From Tubiluchus corallicola (Eukaryota; Animalia; Priapulida), in assembly GCA_030141605.1 (NCBI GenBank), contig JAQGDQ010000023.1, forward strand, positions 1,116,001 through 1,180,000: a stretch of 64,000 nt of DNA. The letters run 5' to 3'. Of this stretch, positions 1-13,869 are shown piece by piece. The notes below the pieces were generated by a model. It did not search any database and was not told where the DNA came from. It was given only the letters and a program-made list of their open reading frames with translations. Every line of letters starts with the position of its first letter. The stretch's first letter is position 1. The translations under genes were made by a program, and so were the position numbers.

Positions 1-19
1 TTAACATATGAACAGAAGA

Positions 20-330
20 GGAAAAGATGCAGATTGATGCCCCTAGAACACCGTCAACTCAAAGCAGAATCTGGCTGAAATTTTTAGAATTGTGGATGGA
101 TTCGAAAGTCTGGAATGTAACGACTTTTTTAACTGTAAGTGATGACAGTAGAACAAGAGGTCACTCTAAAGATTAGTGAAGAGAGCGTCTAGACTTGATC
201 TTAGGAAATGCAATTTTAGCCAAAAGATTATTAATGTCTGGAACCAGTTAACGGAGGAAGCAGCGAAATCTACCAGTGTAAACGCTTTCAAGAGCCACTT
301 GGAGGAGTTCTTGAAGAAGCCTGAGTGACA
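20..330 (+). mobile_element. 3' end remnant of a CR1/L2-group LINE ORF2
   Basis: Frameshifted translation reads RTRGHS...RLDLRKCNFSQKIINVWNQL...SVNAFKSHL, the typical CR1-group ORF2 C-terminus. Confidence 0.7.
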
Positions 331-1949
331 CAACACAAACAAGTCCAACCTTATAGTCTCAGTTACCATCGCCACCGATTACATTGCCATTTAGAAGTTG
401 ATGGTCGCCAGTAAGTGGAATAGCCAGTCAATTAAAGTGATTAGCCATCGTGAGCTGCCCTTCCACTAATTGATTGACGTTTTGCGTTCCCTCTATTTAA
501 AATAATTTGCTGCAAACACTCCCACACAATAAATACCTTTCCCCATTCCACGTCTTTTATGGCTGTTAAAGATCTAGCTAATGTTTGCACGGTTTCGCTG
601 TAAACACCATCATCACCATACAGCGCCATGTTGTTTTTGCTGGGTGGATTTCACTGTCTTACAGGATTTGACTACCTGACAGGCGCATCCAATTTCTTAG
701 CGGTTCGGGCACAGATATGGTTTCCAACATCTTTGAGTACAGGGGACCCAGCCCTGGCAGTTTAACAGGTGAATTTATAATCTACGTAGTAATATGCTTA
801 TATGCTTTTCAATGATTTAACGTTATAACGTCATTTATAACAAAGTGTGTAATTTTACTGAATATCTTAAAATGTATATATTTATTAAAACAACACAACT
901 TTTATTAAAAAACCATAATTTAATTGTCATTACAGATCTTCACCCAAAAGTTGACACTTATCACATAATACCTAGAGTTAATATTTTGCTGGACAGTTCC
1001 TGCTTCATCCCTTCATATTTTCAGTTATTAGAATCCTGGATCTGCTCTCTCTCAGGAAGTGGTAAAACATTTTTTAATGTTGGATTGTCAACAGTTTACA
1101 GGTCACAGTAATTTCTCGCATTGAGCTGGCTAGTTCTCCTACTACATTCACCATCCTGGATTATCTCCCGATCGAAGATGGAATGATCTTTGCAGCCTAC
1201 TGCGCAATAATTGTCACTTTTCGCCTGATATACAAACTTGACATTTAGAGAGTCAAAAATTGCCGTCTTCAAACACTATAATTGCAATTACTTGAATCCT
1301 GGACGGACATTTGGGAGAAGGGGGGGGGGCAAAATGATTTTGTTTTACCCTATTTATACCAACTATTAAAACAATAGTTCATTAAAATCTCTGAATTCTA
1401 CCATACTGGGCAAATTAATTATACTCAAAGAGTTAGTTAGTTTATGTATAACGAGTAGTTCTTGTAATCATATGCCTATTAAACTTATAAATGACGTAAT
1501 TACTCAGTGAAGGACTTTTGTATAGGTTATACCTGTTAGCCAATCAGCATTTGATTAATTGCCCATTGTTTTTTCATTATAAATGTACTGATGATTGTAA
1601 TGTTTCTTATCAAATAAAAGTATTGTTTAAGCTAAACGATTTTGTTAATGTTGGATTGTCAATAGTTGACGAGTCACACTTTCTTCTACTGTAACTATTG
1701 TCTTGGATCTTTCTTCTGTCCCTTTCTGTGGGAGGAGTTAAAATTCTTTTTGTCTATGTTGGGTTATACGTATGTGACAAGCTTCTCTAACTGTCACTCA
1801 CATCTTCCCAATATGCCCACCATTTCTGTGCAGCAGTTAAGATTTCTACCTATCTACTGGGTTTATAGCTTTACACTTTATTGGGTTAACATAATTGTTA
1901 TATGCATATTGAACTAGGCATAAACCGTATCAAAATTTAAAAAATAAAG

Positions 1950-2373
1950 TGTGTAGAGCAGATGCTTAAAAAGTGAGAATAATTGTTGTGTTTCTTTCTC
2001 TCGGAAGGCTCGCAGAGAAAACAAGAAAACATGTTGTCAAATTATACAGGTTTACTGTGTGAGAATTCCACAACACAAAGTATGAAGGAACGCAAAATAT
2101 ATACAGTCAAGTGATAGGAAAATAGCATATGATAAGCTGAGAATCTGAGATTAATCTGAGAATGTGAGAATAAACTTGAGCGGCCAGCTCCACCTTATAT
2201 ATCAGTGCAAATGGACAACACCAGAACAATCTAGAAACTACTACGTGCATCGCGTATTAGCCGTATAGAAAGTTCTCGAATCTACGATTGCTTCTACTAG
2301 GTAAAAAGATTGTTCTACTATACTATATAACATTCTACAGTTTTCTATTCAATTCTAATGGATCTCTACAACA
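1950..2373 (-). mobile_element. Solo-LTR-like element, about 424 bp
   Basis: Ends TGTGTAGAG...CTCTACAACA (short inverted termini, TG..CA). TATA-like GATATATAAGG on the minus strand. Flanks ATAAAG / ATAAG are only an imperfect duplication. Confidence 0.5.
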
Positions 2374-2559
2374 ATAAGCACTCTGCGTGTGCGGATAAAA
2401 GAAGAAAAAATAAAAAACATTAAAAGTTCAGCATAGGAGATAGGTAAAAATAGATAGAAAAATACATAGTTAAAAACAGCCTTGTGATGGAAGATTTTAG
2501 ATTTAATTGCACATTAAAGTAATTAATCAGAGAAAAGTCAGTTTGCAACTGTTTGCATA

Positions 2560-4900
2560 AAGTAAGGTACTTGGATATGGCTCTACTCTAAATTAATTTT
2601 TACTAAAAAAGATTATAATCCTATACTGACCCATGGAACTTTAGACCAGTATCATCGTACTTTGGCAAGTTGGCAGAACTGCTGATTACAAACCGTTTAA
2701 AAAAGTTTATGTTTGATAATGGGCTCATAGACAAAGAACAGGAAGAGTTCTTACCAGGGCATAATTCGGGCGCTACCTAGTACGATCTGATATGTGGTGT
2801 ACCACCTGTGATATAGGGCGCTTTCGTTATGACACCACAAACACTTGTTTCTACTAATTTCTGATATGTGCTGACACGTGGGTTCAGTGAACCTTTCCAT
2901 TTAAGCATAGTTCACAGACATGTATACCGAATAGAAGCAAACAAAACAGTTTTTAATATTACCGATAGCCCCAACCCAGGTGAGGGAGAAGGATGCACGG
3001 TAAGTATACTTATCAGTTATAGTGACTGCAGTCGGAAGCTGTCGGATTCCAACGTTTGACGATCTCCATCACTCTGGAAGCTGGAATAACGTGACTAACC
3101 GGTTATGCGAACTTTGTGGAATCTTGAGTAGTTACTCTTCCAAAGCTCAGCAGGGGGTGGAATCTTACGTGGCCGCTTGTCAGGTGTACCGAAGTCGTAA
3201 GTGGTTACTTCTCCCATCCTAGTGGAGTGCAGTGGAGTCCTGACCCGCGGAGCTCGTGGAACCACCATTGATACAACGTCTGGTCATCGCCTGGTTGTTT
3301 CTGCACCAGATCTCCTGAATTTCCGTTTACAGCAGTACGTCAAATAACGAATAATAGCCAGTTTATTGATGTTTTCGCCTCACGGCTCGAACACCTAATC
3401 CTTTGGTGTGTCAGTGCCCTTTAATTACTTTCTGTCACCACAGTAATTAAGTCTTGACTTCGATTGTTAATAAATGTTCGTCGGAAGCCATATTCGACGA
3501 CTTCACTGGCCTAGCACATTCGCCATACTGTGTTGAACCTGGTTTCAATTTCTAGAACAGGTAAAACTGGATGACCTTGTCCTTTAACACGACGGTTCAT
3601 TTGCCAGATAGCCTGTTCAGTTGAGCGTATGACCAATCACTTACTTTCTTGTAAAGGAGATCTAGGACAGGTATGAGGTGGGAGCCTTCCCAGAGCTAAC
3701 TAGGTGCATGCCCATATATTTACAGTCACAACTTGCTTTATTGTAGTAGATAAATTCGCTTAATGAGTAATTAACTAATGACTCATTTAATTAACATAAG
3801 CAATTAGCTAAATTAAGCTATTAATGCAGCCTAAGTAAGGGACATACACAAAATCATACTAGAATACTATATTAGAAGGGGTTGCAATGCTGGTCGGTAG
3901 TTCTTATATTCCAGACTGACGTCACGGACGTCACATACGATTAATATCTACTATCCAAGAAAATCAGTTAAACAAAATTCCCTCTCTTGCTATCTATTGT
4001 GACTTCCAACGTGCTTTTGATAGTGTTTGATTAGACAGTCTTGTTTTCCGGCTTCATGCTGTCGTAATCTTAGGCGAATACTTAGATTAATCCATTATTT
4101 CCTTTTAAGAGAAAGGTGTACATTAAATTGGGTGATTATACTTCATACGACTATGATTGCAAGATAAGGGTGCTTCGTGGCTTAGTTATTTCACCTTTGC
4201 TTTTTTTATTTAATGTATCGAACATGTATAAAGAATTTTTGTCAACCCAGGTGTGGATACACTTTTAAATATGCAGACGATGGCACAATCCTCGCCTCCA
4301 GAAAATTTAACAATAATGTAATACAATTAGCGCAGTTATGTTGTGACATACAGGACTGATATAGAAAGTGTCACCAATTTATCCTTACGCACATGGTAAA
4401 ACCGAAGTGATACCTCTCAGGAATAATAATCAAGATACCAACTTGGCGACCGGAACTAGAACATAAATTATGTACGGAGCAGTAAAGTCCTAGGTGTCAC
4501 TATAAATAAGCATCACCACAAATAACTGTCTTTTTAGCAACAAATAAATAGCGTAAAGAAAAAGGTTGGAATAGTTGGATATCAATAAAACAAAAATATG
4601 TTCTTTATAATAATCTTTGTCTTCGTACTATTCTAGTACTATTCAAAACCCTAGTGCACCCCTTAATTTTATACAGTGTACCAGCGTTGATGGTGCGCTG
4701 ACACAGCTATTTCGAGGATATCATACACGCCATGAAAACAGAGACGGGCTGCAATTTTTATCCCTCTTGTGACAAATTAGAATTAATTTGCGGATAGCCA
4801 TCTCTTGATATTATCTTTAATGGGTGTTGCTGCAAAATTTGTAGTGAAAATGTTATATGTGCTAAATAGCGGTCCTCGCTCGTCAGTTATTAGCGATAAC
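2560..4900 (+). mobile_element. Degenerate non-LTR retrotransposon reverse transcriptase, split by an insertion at 2788-3935
   Basis: Motifs in order: DPWNFRPVS (~2630), DKEQEEFLPGHNS (~2740), then after the insertion CDFQRAFDSV (~4000), a GVxxGxVISPLLF-like motif (~4170), KYADD (~4270), KVLGVT (~4490). Many stops and frameshifts. Confidence 0.75.
2788..3935 (-). mobile_element. Solo-LTR-like insertion, about 1.15 kb, inside the LINE RT
   Basis: TG...CA termini. Flanked by TACGAT(C) at 2781-2787 and TACGAT(T) at 3936-3942. RT motifs are contiguous once it is removed. Orientation inferred from AATAAA on the minus strand (~3365). Confidence 0.6.
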
Positions 4901-6004
4901 TGGAGAATGCAAAGAGTACAATTCGCGTAATGCTAACTTAGCCTCTTTGCCATCATCTATGGATTCTACGGTAATATAGTTAAATTGTAATGTACTTATG
5001 TCGACTAGTCATAGATGTCGCCACAAGTATCAATGTACGAATACTGGTGTAAGCCCTGAACGAATCTTCAATACACCAATTAAGATCTCAGTTGCAGTGA
5101 AAAAAAGGCGGCTAGAAGTATCAGCACTAAGTGTGTAACTTAAGCTAGGAAATTTTAAAAATGCTTTACTTTAAACTTGATTTTGTCCTGACAACTTATG
5201 TAATTGTAAAGAGTCTTCAAATTATTCCTTACCTGCTATTTGATTGCAAGTTATTTGATCAAAGATTAAGAAATGATTTTATCAACTCTTTGCCAATTTT
5301 AGACGCAGATTATGTTTTTTCTAGTAGAAATAATAATTCTGTTGCTGTTTTTGCTAACTTAACTACTGACAATTTCATCTCATCTCTGACCTGGTAATTG
5401 AAATTACGACTTGTGTTAATGTTGTAGTCCTTGTACGTTAGTCAGCTTTGTTAAATTAAATTGACTCAAGCGTCACCTTTATAATATAAATACAAGCTTA
5501 AAACTATTTTGTCATTACATCAGTGAAATATCTAATATGTTATCTATAGTCTATCTGTAGATCTAAAATTCGGTATCTGTGAAATGTAGTGTCGTCTTAT
5601 GAAATACCCGTCTTTTACAAATGAAATGAATTTGATATCTGACCTAATTGTGTATGTAAGGTTTGTTCAATTTAAATTATTGATTGATTCATGTGTCTGT
5701 GTTTGGCTTCTGGCAATCTATTCTCCATGTAATTCTGTAGCTATGTATTGAAATTTCCGTTTAACAAATTATGCCTATAAAATTGTATAAACAACATTAA
5801 AATTGTTGTCTGTATTAATGTCGTTTATGTCAGTCAGGATTGTTACTTTTAAATTATTGCCGCGTGCTTCTGTGTAACATGCATGTGTAACTGTATATCT
5901 GTGATGTGTTAATATATGCGAATTTTATTTACATGTAGGTATTTAAACCAAATCCCTGCATTTGTATATATTTGTTTTTAAATAAAAAAATAAATGAATA
6001 ATTA

Positions 6005-6195
<191 letters not shown>

Positions 6196-7449
6196 GCATG
6201 CGCATTATGAATGCATGGCAGATCTCACTTGCTCCATGATACAATCCACAGCGCAGTATGGATCGTCAAATTGGTGGCAGAAATGTGCGCGCATGTGAAA
6301 CACTTAATCATGTAAAAACGAAGCAAGAAGCACCTGCTTGTCATCTTGTGTAGACGGTTTGTATGTCTTCAATCATATAAAAGTACGAAGTTTATTATAT
6401 ATCTTGGAATAATTTATATAAAGGTAGAGCCCACTAGCATGTTAACCACTGTAGGCACTAAAGCAGCAAATCTGCTACGAAAATGACTCTATATAGTGAT
6501 TTAGTCTTAATTCACGACTAAAATTAATAATAATCTTTGTAAAGTTTTGCTTCGTACAGTACTGCTGTTGCAAGCGAGAATCTAACGAATGTTAAATAAT
6601 TGAGTGGGAATATCTCACTATCAAATATTCGACATTAGGCTATAATGTAACTTATCATTTTCCCTGATATTATTCTAGAAACATTTGTATCTTTGGTTCC
6701 TAAATTATAATTATTTTCGATGGTGTCATTTTAAATCAAAACTTTGAAATGAATTATATAACGTGAGTTGATGATGCTGTTAACGTCTTGATGACGACGA
6801 CGACGTACTAACAATCAGGTTTTGTTGGCGGGATGATACCGCCGTATCACGACAGTTACAGAGAATCTTCAGAGAAATGAATAAATGAAAAGAAGTTTTA
6901 TTACAGCACATAAACATAAAAATTATGCACTTTTTAAGAAAATTATGAAATTTCTAACATTTCTAACATAGACAAGCGAATTCACAGCGTTTTAATTTAG
7001 ATGTAGAGAGAAATCAGATTTTACCTTTGTGGGCTGCCAGAGGCCTAGAGGTCAAATTCGCTATTGAAAATGAGGAAACTCTTTAAATAACCACAGTTCC
7101 GCCCCAATATTTAATGTAGAGCAGCAAATAAAGGATCATGAATATTCGACTTTGCATTTGACAGAAATCCAAGATGGCATCTATGACTCCGATTCTTAAA
7201 TACCCAATTTTGGAAACGAATCGTTTAGTGAAATACTTTGGCATCATTTTCAACTAAAATAAGATTTCCACTCACTTTAAAAATTTCTGAAATTTCTTTA
7301 TGCACTTCGATAAATGAGAATTCTAACTTACCTATTGCAATAACTTAACGTGTTATAGCACCAAGTGACGTGTATATTGCAAAACGGTTCTTTAATAAAT
7401 GCACAGAAACAATGTCTATAAACTAAGGGTATAAATATTTCTGTTGTGC

Positions 7450-8530
7450 GCTATGACGTTTGCTCTAGTAGTCTTACGAACACTGCAGTACAATTTAGCC
7501 CAGCTTTAGTGTTACAGCATCAGCCCTAAGTGCACTTACATCATCCACTACTCCATTTCTCACAGCTGCAGTTAATAAACTCATGATTTTGATGTTTCTG
7601 GGAGGGTGGTCCACAGAAGCTTCTACTCACTAGCTTCTTTTGTCCAACTCCAATCAGATCGCTCTGGAAGCCCACAGAGAATGCCACTCAATAACTTCTT
7701 TTGTCCGACCCCAGTCAGATGCCTGATTCTAACAAATGGCTTGGTATCAAATGCGTTTAATGTGCTGCCTTAGGGCTGTTGTGCTGGATGTTCTCCAAAG
7801 AACTTGCGTTTTGTGCAAATAACTACTTTTTGCTTTATTTACTACCATGCTCCCTGTACTACAATCGTAGTTTAGCACAATACATATTTCTAGCAGTGTG
7901 ACTAATTCGCCAGTAATTTCTTTTGCCATGTCTGTCAGTTCTGTATAAATGCTTCGCTTACCTCAGGTTTCTGAAGCTGTCTTTCCTCTGCGAGCAAATT
8001 CAGAGACAGAGTCACACAATATAAGCACAGAAGACTTGAAATGTCAGTAAACAGATTAAACGTGGCAACTATTTCGTGAAGAGGTATAGACCATAAACTG
8101 TAACCAATTCCAGACGTAATTCACAGCTCATCAGCAGCAATTTCCATTTTATTAAATACAGCCACAGCAAACACTACCACATTTGTATCAACAGTATGCA
8201 TTGTCACATTCTTACATCCTTTAGCTCATCATCTGCTGTATGCAAAAATTGCGTGTGTCACCTCCACATGTAAAAAGGGTGCTATTTCAGGCAAGCAAAA
8301 ACCAGCCGGAGTGCATTCCACAAACTCCACTTTCATCTGTTGTATTGAACAGTGACTGCTGTCTTTTTCCAAGCCTTTATATCTCCCGTTAAATAACAAA
8401 TTGGAGAATATTGACAATTTTTCTCTCATGAAGACCAGGCCACTCCATCAGCTTTGTCCACTAGTGGTAAAATGCAGAGTATTTTTAAAGCAGATTTATT
8501 TTGTAGTCTGGCATCATCTCTGCATGAGAA
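7450..8530 (-). mobile_element. Degenerate DNA transposon coding remnant, Academ-like (XPG/PIN-type nuclease plus Cys-rich C-terminus)
   Basis: Minus-strand pieces IAPFLHVEVT (HEEADT-like), MHTVDTNVVV, STTALRQHIKR, LPERSDWSW, WTTLPE and a terminal Cys cluster. The Academ assignment comes from recalled motif similarity, not a search. Confidence 0.5.
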
Positions 8531-8781
8531 CAATGTTTTTGCTGTGACTGGTGCAGTGATGTGGTATGTATTGATGGATGTGACGACCCAAGCCGTTTCC
8601 TGTGATGCGCTACTAATAGTTGCTTAACATATTGTTACGGAGGCACCTGTGTCGGGTCAGGGGTAGGGCCCTCTACACGCCCTGGTTCCACGTCAGCAGC
8701 GACTCACCCCTTTCTTGTAGGTCCAGACGACTTGTTTGGGCCTACACCTGGTGTGAGAAGCCAGCTGACCTGGAATGCCAA

Positions 8782-10680
8782 CGAACTTCTTGCAGTGGTT
8801 AAAGCTGTGAATCACTTTCACCACTATCTTTACGGACGGCAGTTTGTTATACCCACTGACCATGCTGCTCTTCGCTGGCTGAGAACTTTGCGTAAACCAG
8901 AAGGTCAGTTAGCTCGCTGGCTTTGCAAATTAGACCAGTATGATTACACAATAGAATATCGTGCAGGCAAAAGCCACGGAAATGCGGACGCGCTTTCTCG
9001 TCGGCCCTGCGAAGCCAGTTGCAAACATTGTAGCGAACGAGAACCGTGTAACGTAATGCAACAAAATGCGAAAATTAATAAAATCGGCACAACATTAAGA
9101 GATGTAAATCTTGATTTTGCTGAAGAGCAGACCAAAGACAGAGACATAGCCCCAATATTGGGATTTTTGCAAACTTCAGCCCAAAAACCTGCATGGGCGC
9201 AAGTTTCTGCTCTAAGCCCTGAATCAAAAGCTATTTGGCACCAATGGGACGCGCTCAAAGTAGAAAACGGGGTAGGAGCTCCAATGGAGCGCATAGCAAT
9301 AGATGTAGACATTGTCAATACGCGTACCACCCCTTTAAGGCCTCAATCAAATGGCCTCTCAGAAAGGTACATTAAAATCTCCCGTCAATTGGCACAATTC
9401 GCAAGTTTACACCAGCGCGTCTGGGATGTGAAAATGCCCTTATTTCTTTTAAGTTATCGGTCAGCAGAACATGATGCTACAGGGTTTACTCCAGCCAAAG
9501 CCATGATGGGTCGGGAACTACGTCTTCCTCTCGACTTGCTAACGGGCCGACCTCCTGAATCTGTCTGTCATAATGTAGTTGACCATGTAAAGTACTTAGA
9601 AGATAGTCTACATGATGTTCACCATTTTATTCGAAATAATTTGCGCTTCCCAGGTGAAACAATGCGTCGAAGGCACGACGTTAAAGCTAAACGTTCTCGT
9701 TTTAAAGAACATGATTTAGTATGGTTCTTCAACCCTCAACGTAAGGTTGGACGTTCACCCAAACTGCAAATGGATTGGGATGGACGTTATACTGTAGTCA
9801 AACGATTATCAGATGTGGTATACCGTATCAAACTTCCAGGCGCCAGAAATTGTAAAGTTGTGCATGCCAATAGGCTTTGGAAATATGCGCCACCCACGGG
9901 CTTCTCTTGGAATGCACAAGACAATGCAACGCAAAATAATTCCACTCAACCTAACGCAGACGCGCAAGTAACAATTATCTACGATGCTTCGGAAATCAGC
10001 ACCGAATCCAGTCAGGCTAATGAGTCTCTATCTTTTGGGTTACCTCCACCAGACTCACTACTCACCAGAACAAGCTTCGGTCGGTAATAAAGAAGTTGAT
10101 ACTGCTTCGAGTTTTCCTGCCTTGATGCCCAGTACTTCCAGCCCTTCTTTTCCAGCCCTCTCACCACAGCTTGACTCTCCCACTCTCTTCAACCCTAGCG
10201 ATCTTTCACTGCCCACCTCTCTCCAGTCCGCCCACGTACTTCCACTCCGAATAAACAACTTAGCTCTATCCCAATTACTGTAGATGGAAACGGAACTAAT
10301 GATTCCAGAGAAGAAGTAAACTCATTGTCGGTAGAGATGGACGTGAGTCCACAAAAGTTGAAATCGATTTTGAGCAACGATGAAAGTTGCGAGACAATAA
10401 TCTACGACCAGTTGGATTTTGGGATAGAAAATGAAGAAAATCAGTTATTAACCCAGGTTACTGCCTCTCCCTCTCCTAACCCTGAGCATGAAGTTTCACC
10501 TTCCTCACTTATCATTCCGGATCAAGATGACCTAATTCTAACACCACCTTGTATCACCCCTCCGACATTCTATGATATATCCTTGGACGATCGCGAGCGT
10601 CCCTCACCTCCTCTCTACACCTATCCGCATCGTAATCGCCTCAAGACCACGTTTTATGGAGATTACATTTTTACCGACCA
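8782..10680 (+). mobile_element. Ty3/Gypsy pol fragment (RNase H end, internally deleted integrase, long low-complexity tail)
   Basis: ORF 8732..10087: ELLAVV..HFHHYLYGRQF..TDHAAL.WL..LARW..YRAGKSHGNADALSR (RNase H), GAPMERIAID, PQSNGLSER, TGFTPA, PKLQMDWDGRY (GPY-like). The tail continues through ORFs 9984 and 10325 to YPHRNR..YGDY. Confidence 0.92.
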
Positions 10681-11116
10681 AACTGCAACTCGAACTCGAG
10701 CACAGGAGTCAACCATACGCTCTATACGAGGCCTACTACCTGCCAGCGTACACTGGGATGTAGATGCCAATAACGTTCTTTGCAGTGTGCGAAATACAAT
10801 CATACTGTCCTCGTCTGGGATGTCTACCTATAATCCAAAAATAATAATTGCATCAGTCATAACAACAAGACGGTTTCTGGCACAGACGATTCCAGACAAT
10901 GAAGTAAGTCTGCTTTAACTGCAACGTGTTTTACTATTGGTGGTCAGAACTGGTAGGGTGGTATGGTTTTCACGAGAGAAGAAAATTATCAATGTTTCCA
11001 TCTTCTGTTTGACAGGCGATATACAGGCCTGAGAAAGATCTGCAGTCACTTTTGGATGCAGTTGATGAAAGAGGTAACCTCTGCACTCCTGTTGCTGAGA
11101 TGCTGAGCTAAGGAGG

Positions 11117-11995
11117 TGTAATATCACGACCCCTTTTTCTCGATAGATTGATCGTATAGTTTTATCTAGCCGTATCGAGTGATCATGAATTGAATCTATA
11201 GATTGTATAGATTGTATATTGATTAATTTAGATTTTACAGATTCGCTTCCAGTTCGCTATAAGGTGATTCTGTCACCTGACTCCGAGGGCTTTAGTTAAG
11301 TCTATCAGGCAATGATACTGTCCTTCAAGACTGTCACTTTGACCTTGCGTTGTGAGTGGAGGTCTTCTTCCCTCAAGTTATCGAGCGTAGCTCCCGCAAA
11401 TGAGTTTTCTAGGATTTAGTGTTGCTTTACTTTGAACGCTCTTAATCATACAAGAACTTGTTATCGACGTTACCACAGTGAATTGAATTTATTCAATTAC
11501 AGAATACACGTTATCTAACCTGGTTTGCTTTACAAGATTTATCCCTATACGCTGGTGAGCGCTTACAATTAGTGTATAGCTCCAGAGAAGATGCTCATTC
11601 ACTTTACTTGACAACGATTCAGTATGCTGCACTTATGGTGCTTAATACAATGTGAAACTACAGAAATGTGAAAGTACACTTAACTTGCGGATTGACCAAT
11701 GTACCCTTACACTTGGTCAACTCCAAATAGCTTAACGAGACTTTTGTTGATCCAGTGCCCAGTCTATTGCTGAGAACGCAGACTCCTCTACGCTGGTGTC
11801 AAATGATGTTCTTCTCTTCTAGAAGGCTGTCTCGGACACACTGTCAGACTCTCCTCCTCGATGTGCGTGGGTGTGTGTAACTCACGTCGCTCCTCGTGTG
11901 TGTGTGTGTCGCTAGTCTAAAACTTAGAGTTTATAACTCGGAGAGCTGACCTTGCTAAATATTGCACCATATGGCAACACCTGTGGCAGGTGACA
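11117..11995. mobile_element. LTR-like segment
   Basis: TGTAAT...GTGACA termini, preceded by purine run AAGGAGG (possible PPT of the upstream Gypsy). No TSD seen and orientation is ambiguous. Confidence 0.4.
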
Positions 11996-13136
11996 CCACC
12001 CGCCATGCGATTTCTGACTTTACGATCAGCAAGGTGTTTCTTCGAATTCTTTCGCTCCGTGAGATCTCTTTCCGTCGTCGGCAAATCTTCAGATTTCTCT
12101 CTTCCAATGTCTCCGAGCACAGACCTTGGTGACAATCATAAAGTCACCTCTATACGACATCTGCATACTACCGACCTTCCGTTAATTAACTGTAACTCTG
12201 CATGTGGCTATACGAGACAATAGTGTCTTCGCTTAAACAAGACATCTGTGTTCCTACAATTTTCTATACAAGACACACCTGTATTTCTCTAAAATGTACA
12301 ATAATTTGCATCGCATTAAATCCGTACTTATCAGCTGGGTGAGTTTCTCTGTCAACCAATAAATTTATCTTATGAAAATCAGGGAGGCATGAGATTTATC
12401 AACTGAATCTAATTCAGCTGATAACTCCATTAATTTACTACCAAATTGCCGATTTATAAATTTATTCACAACAGTAAAAATGTGACGTACCTCTTTCTTC
12501 CTGCTCGTCAGAATTCCCAAAATCTTTTAGATCGAATGCCGGCTCCATTATTGAAACTTTCCGCACCTTTTTTTATTCTTCTTGTTTGATCACTTTGTTC
12601 TTATTCAAGTACGTGTTGCGCGACTATGTTTATTTTTTCAGCCATTATTTGTTTTTCTGTTATGCTAATACCTGTCTTATTTTGCTGTGACTTCAAATCT
12701 TTTTTAATTTTTTTTAGTATTCTAACACCTTTTGAAATACCTCTCTTCCTTTTAGTACATTTGTTTAGACTTTCTTTTATTAAAGTGCTTCACCGTTCCA
12801 CTTGTCATATTTTTCTTGAAAGCTGTCTTCGCTTTCCCACATTTTGTTAATATTCTCCTTTATTGGTTAACACTCTCCAACACTTAGCATCTTTCTCTCT
12901 TAGCTCGTTACTTCTCTTCTCTCACTTCACTTTTTATTCTCTATTATGAATGCCTCCCTCTAATATACTGTTAGTAAATATTGCATTGTTGTCATGTTTC
13001 GCCCTAGATTTAATAGTTCTCACATTACGCTTATGCAACATTAAGCCCTATTCATACTGTATGTTCAATTAATTGATATGTATGATATTTAGCTACTGGC
13101 AGTGATAGTTAATTGTGTTATTAATTACTGATAATT

Positions 13137-13869
13137 TGTTAGGATGTAGGCACCTACTAACAGACCCCCTTTTGAATTCCGTCTGACCCACTCTTGTCTG
13201 CCCTATCGCGGCTGTAATGCAGTGGCTAAGTCAAGGTTAACGATAGTGTACAGGTGAATAAAATTACAGCTGTTTAAGCGAGTGGCTTCTCGATGAACTT
13301 CGTTCAACACTGTTTAGATATAGACGGCAACTTGACACAGAACGAGACAGGTCATTTACTCGTCTCTGTGAAGTTATATGTTTTTGAAGAGAAATGCCGT
13401 ACTAGAAAGTTTCACACAAGATATGGTGTGTAATGTACATGGTGATACAGTGAGAGCCTAGTTGGTGTAGCCTGTGGTCGTCAACCAGAGTTGTCCCAGA
13501 GATGCTGGCTTGCAGTCTGCAATAGTGGAGTTACCCACGGACGGACAAATGGATCGACCTACTACAGAACCACATCCAGGGTGGTAACAGGTACTTTTCG
13601 CTTTTGTTACGATCGTAACTAACATCGCACTGATAACGTAAACGTCACGTATACTAGCCCAATGTTCTTCGATGCTACTTGCTGGGTAAAGACTAATTGG
13701 TAGTTCTCTGACGAAGTTTGGAATCACAACTGTATTCAGACGCAGAGGTTATACGACGTATTGCTACCGTTCTACAGACTGTTCGCTTTAAAGGAAAAGT
13801 GTTCCAAAAAAACCTAGGTACATAGTGGGCAGACATGAACTTCATGCAAACGTATATACCCTACTAACC
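13137..13869. mobile_element. Possible solo-LTR-like insertion
   Basis: Starts TGTTAGGATGTAGG and ends CCCTACTAAC (imperfect inverted ends). More GC-rich than the T-rich flanks. No TSD. Confidence 0.3.

Noticed and set aside
8579-8781. 5' LTR of the Gypsy fragment
   Set aside because: LTR-like starts (TGTGACG, TGTTACGG) are present, but there is no match to 11117-11995 and no PBS or TSD. Left unassigned.
10325-10918. 197-aa ORF as an independent gene
   Set aside because: Starts at TTG, is the frameshifted tail of the Gypsy pol, and runs into non-coding DNA.
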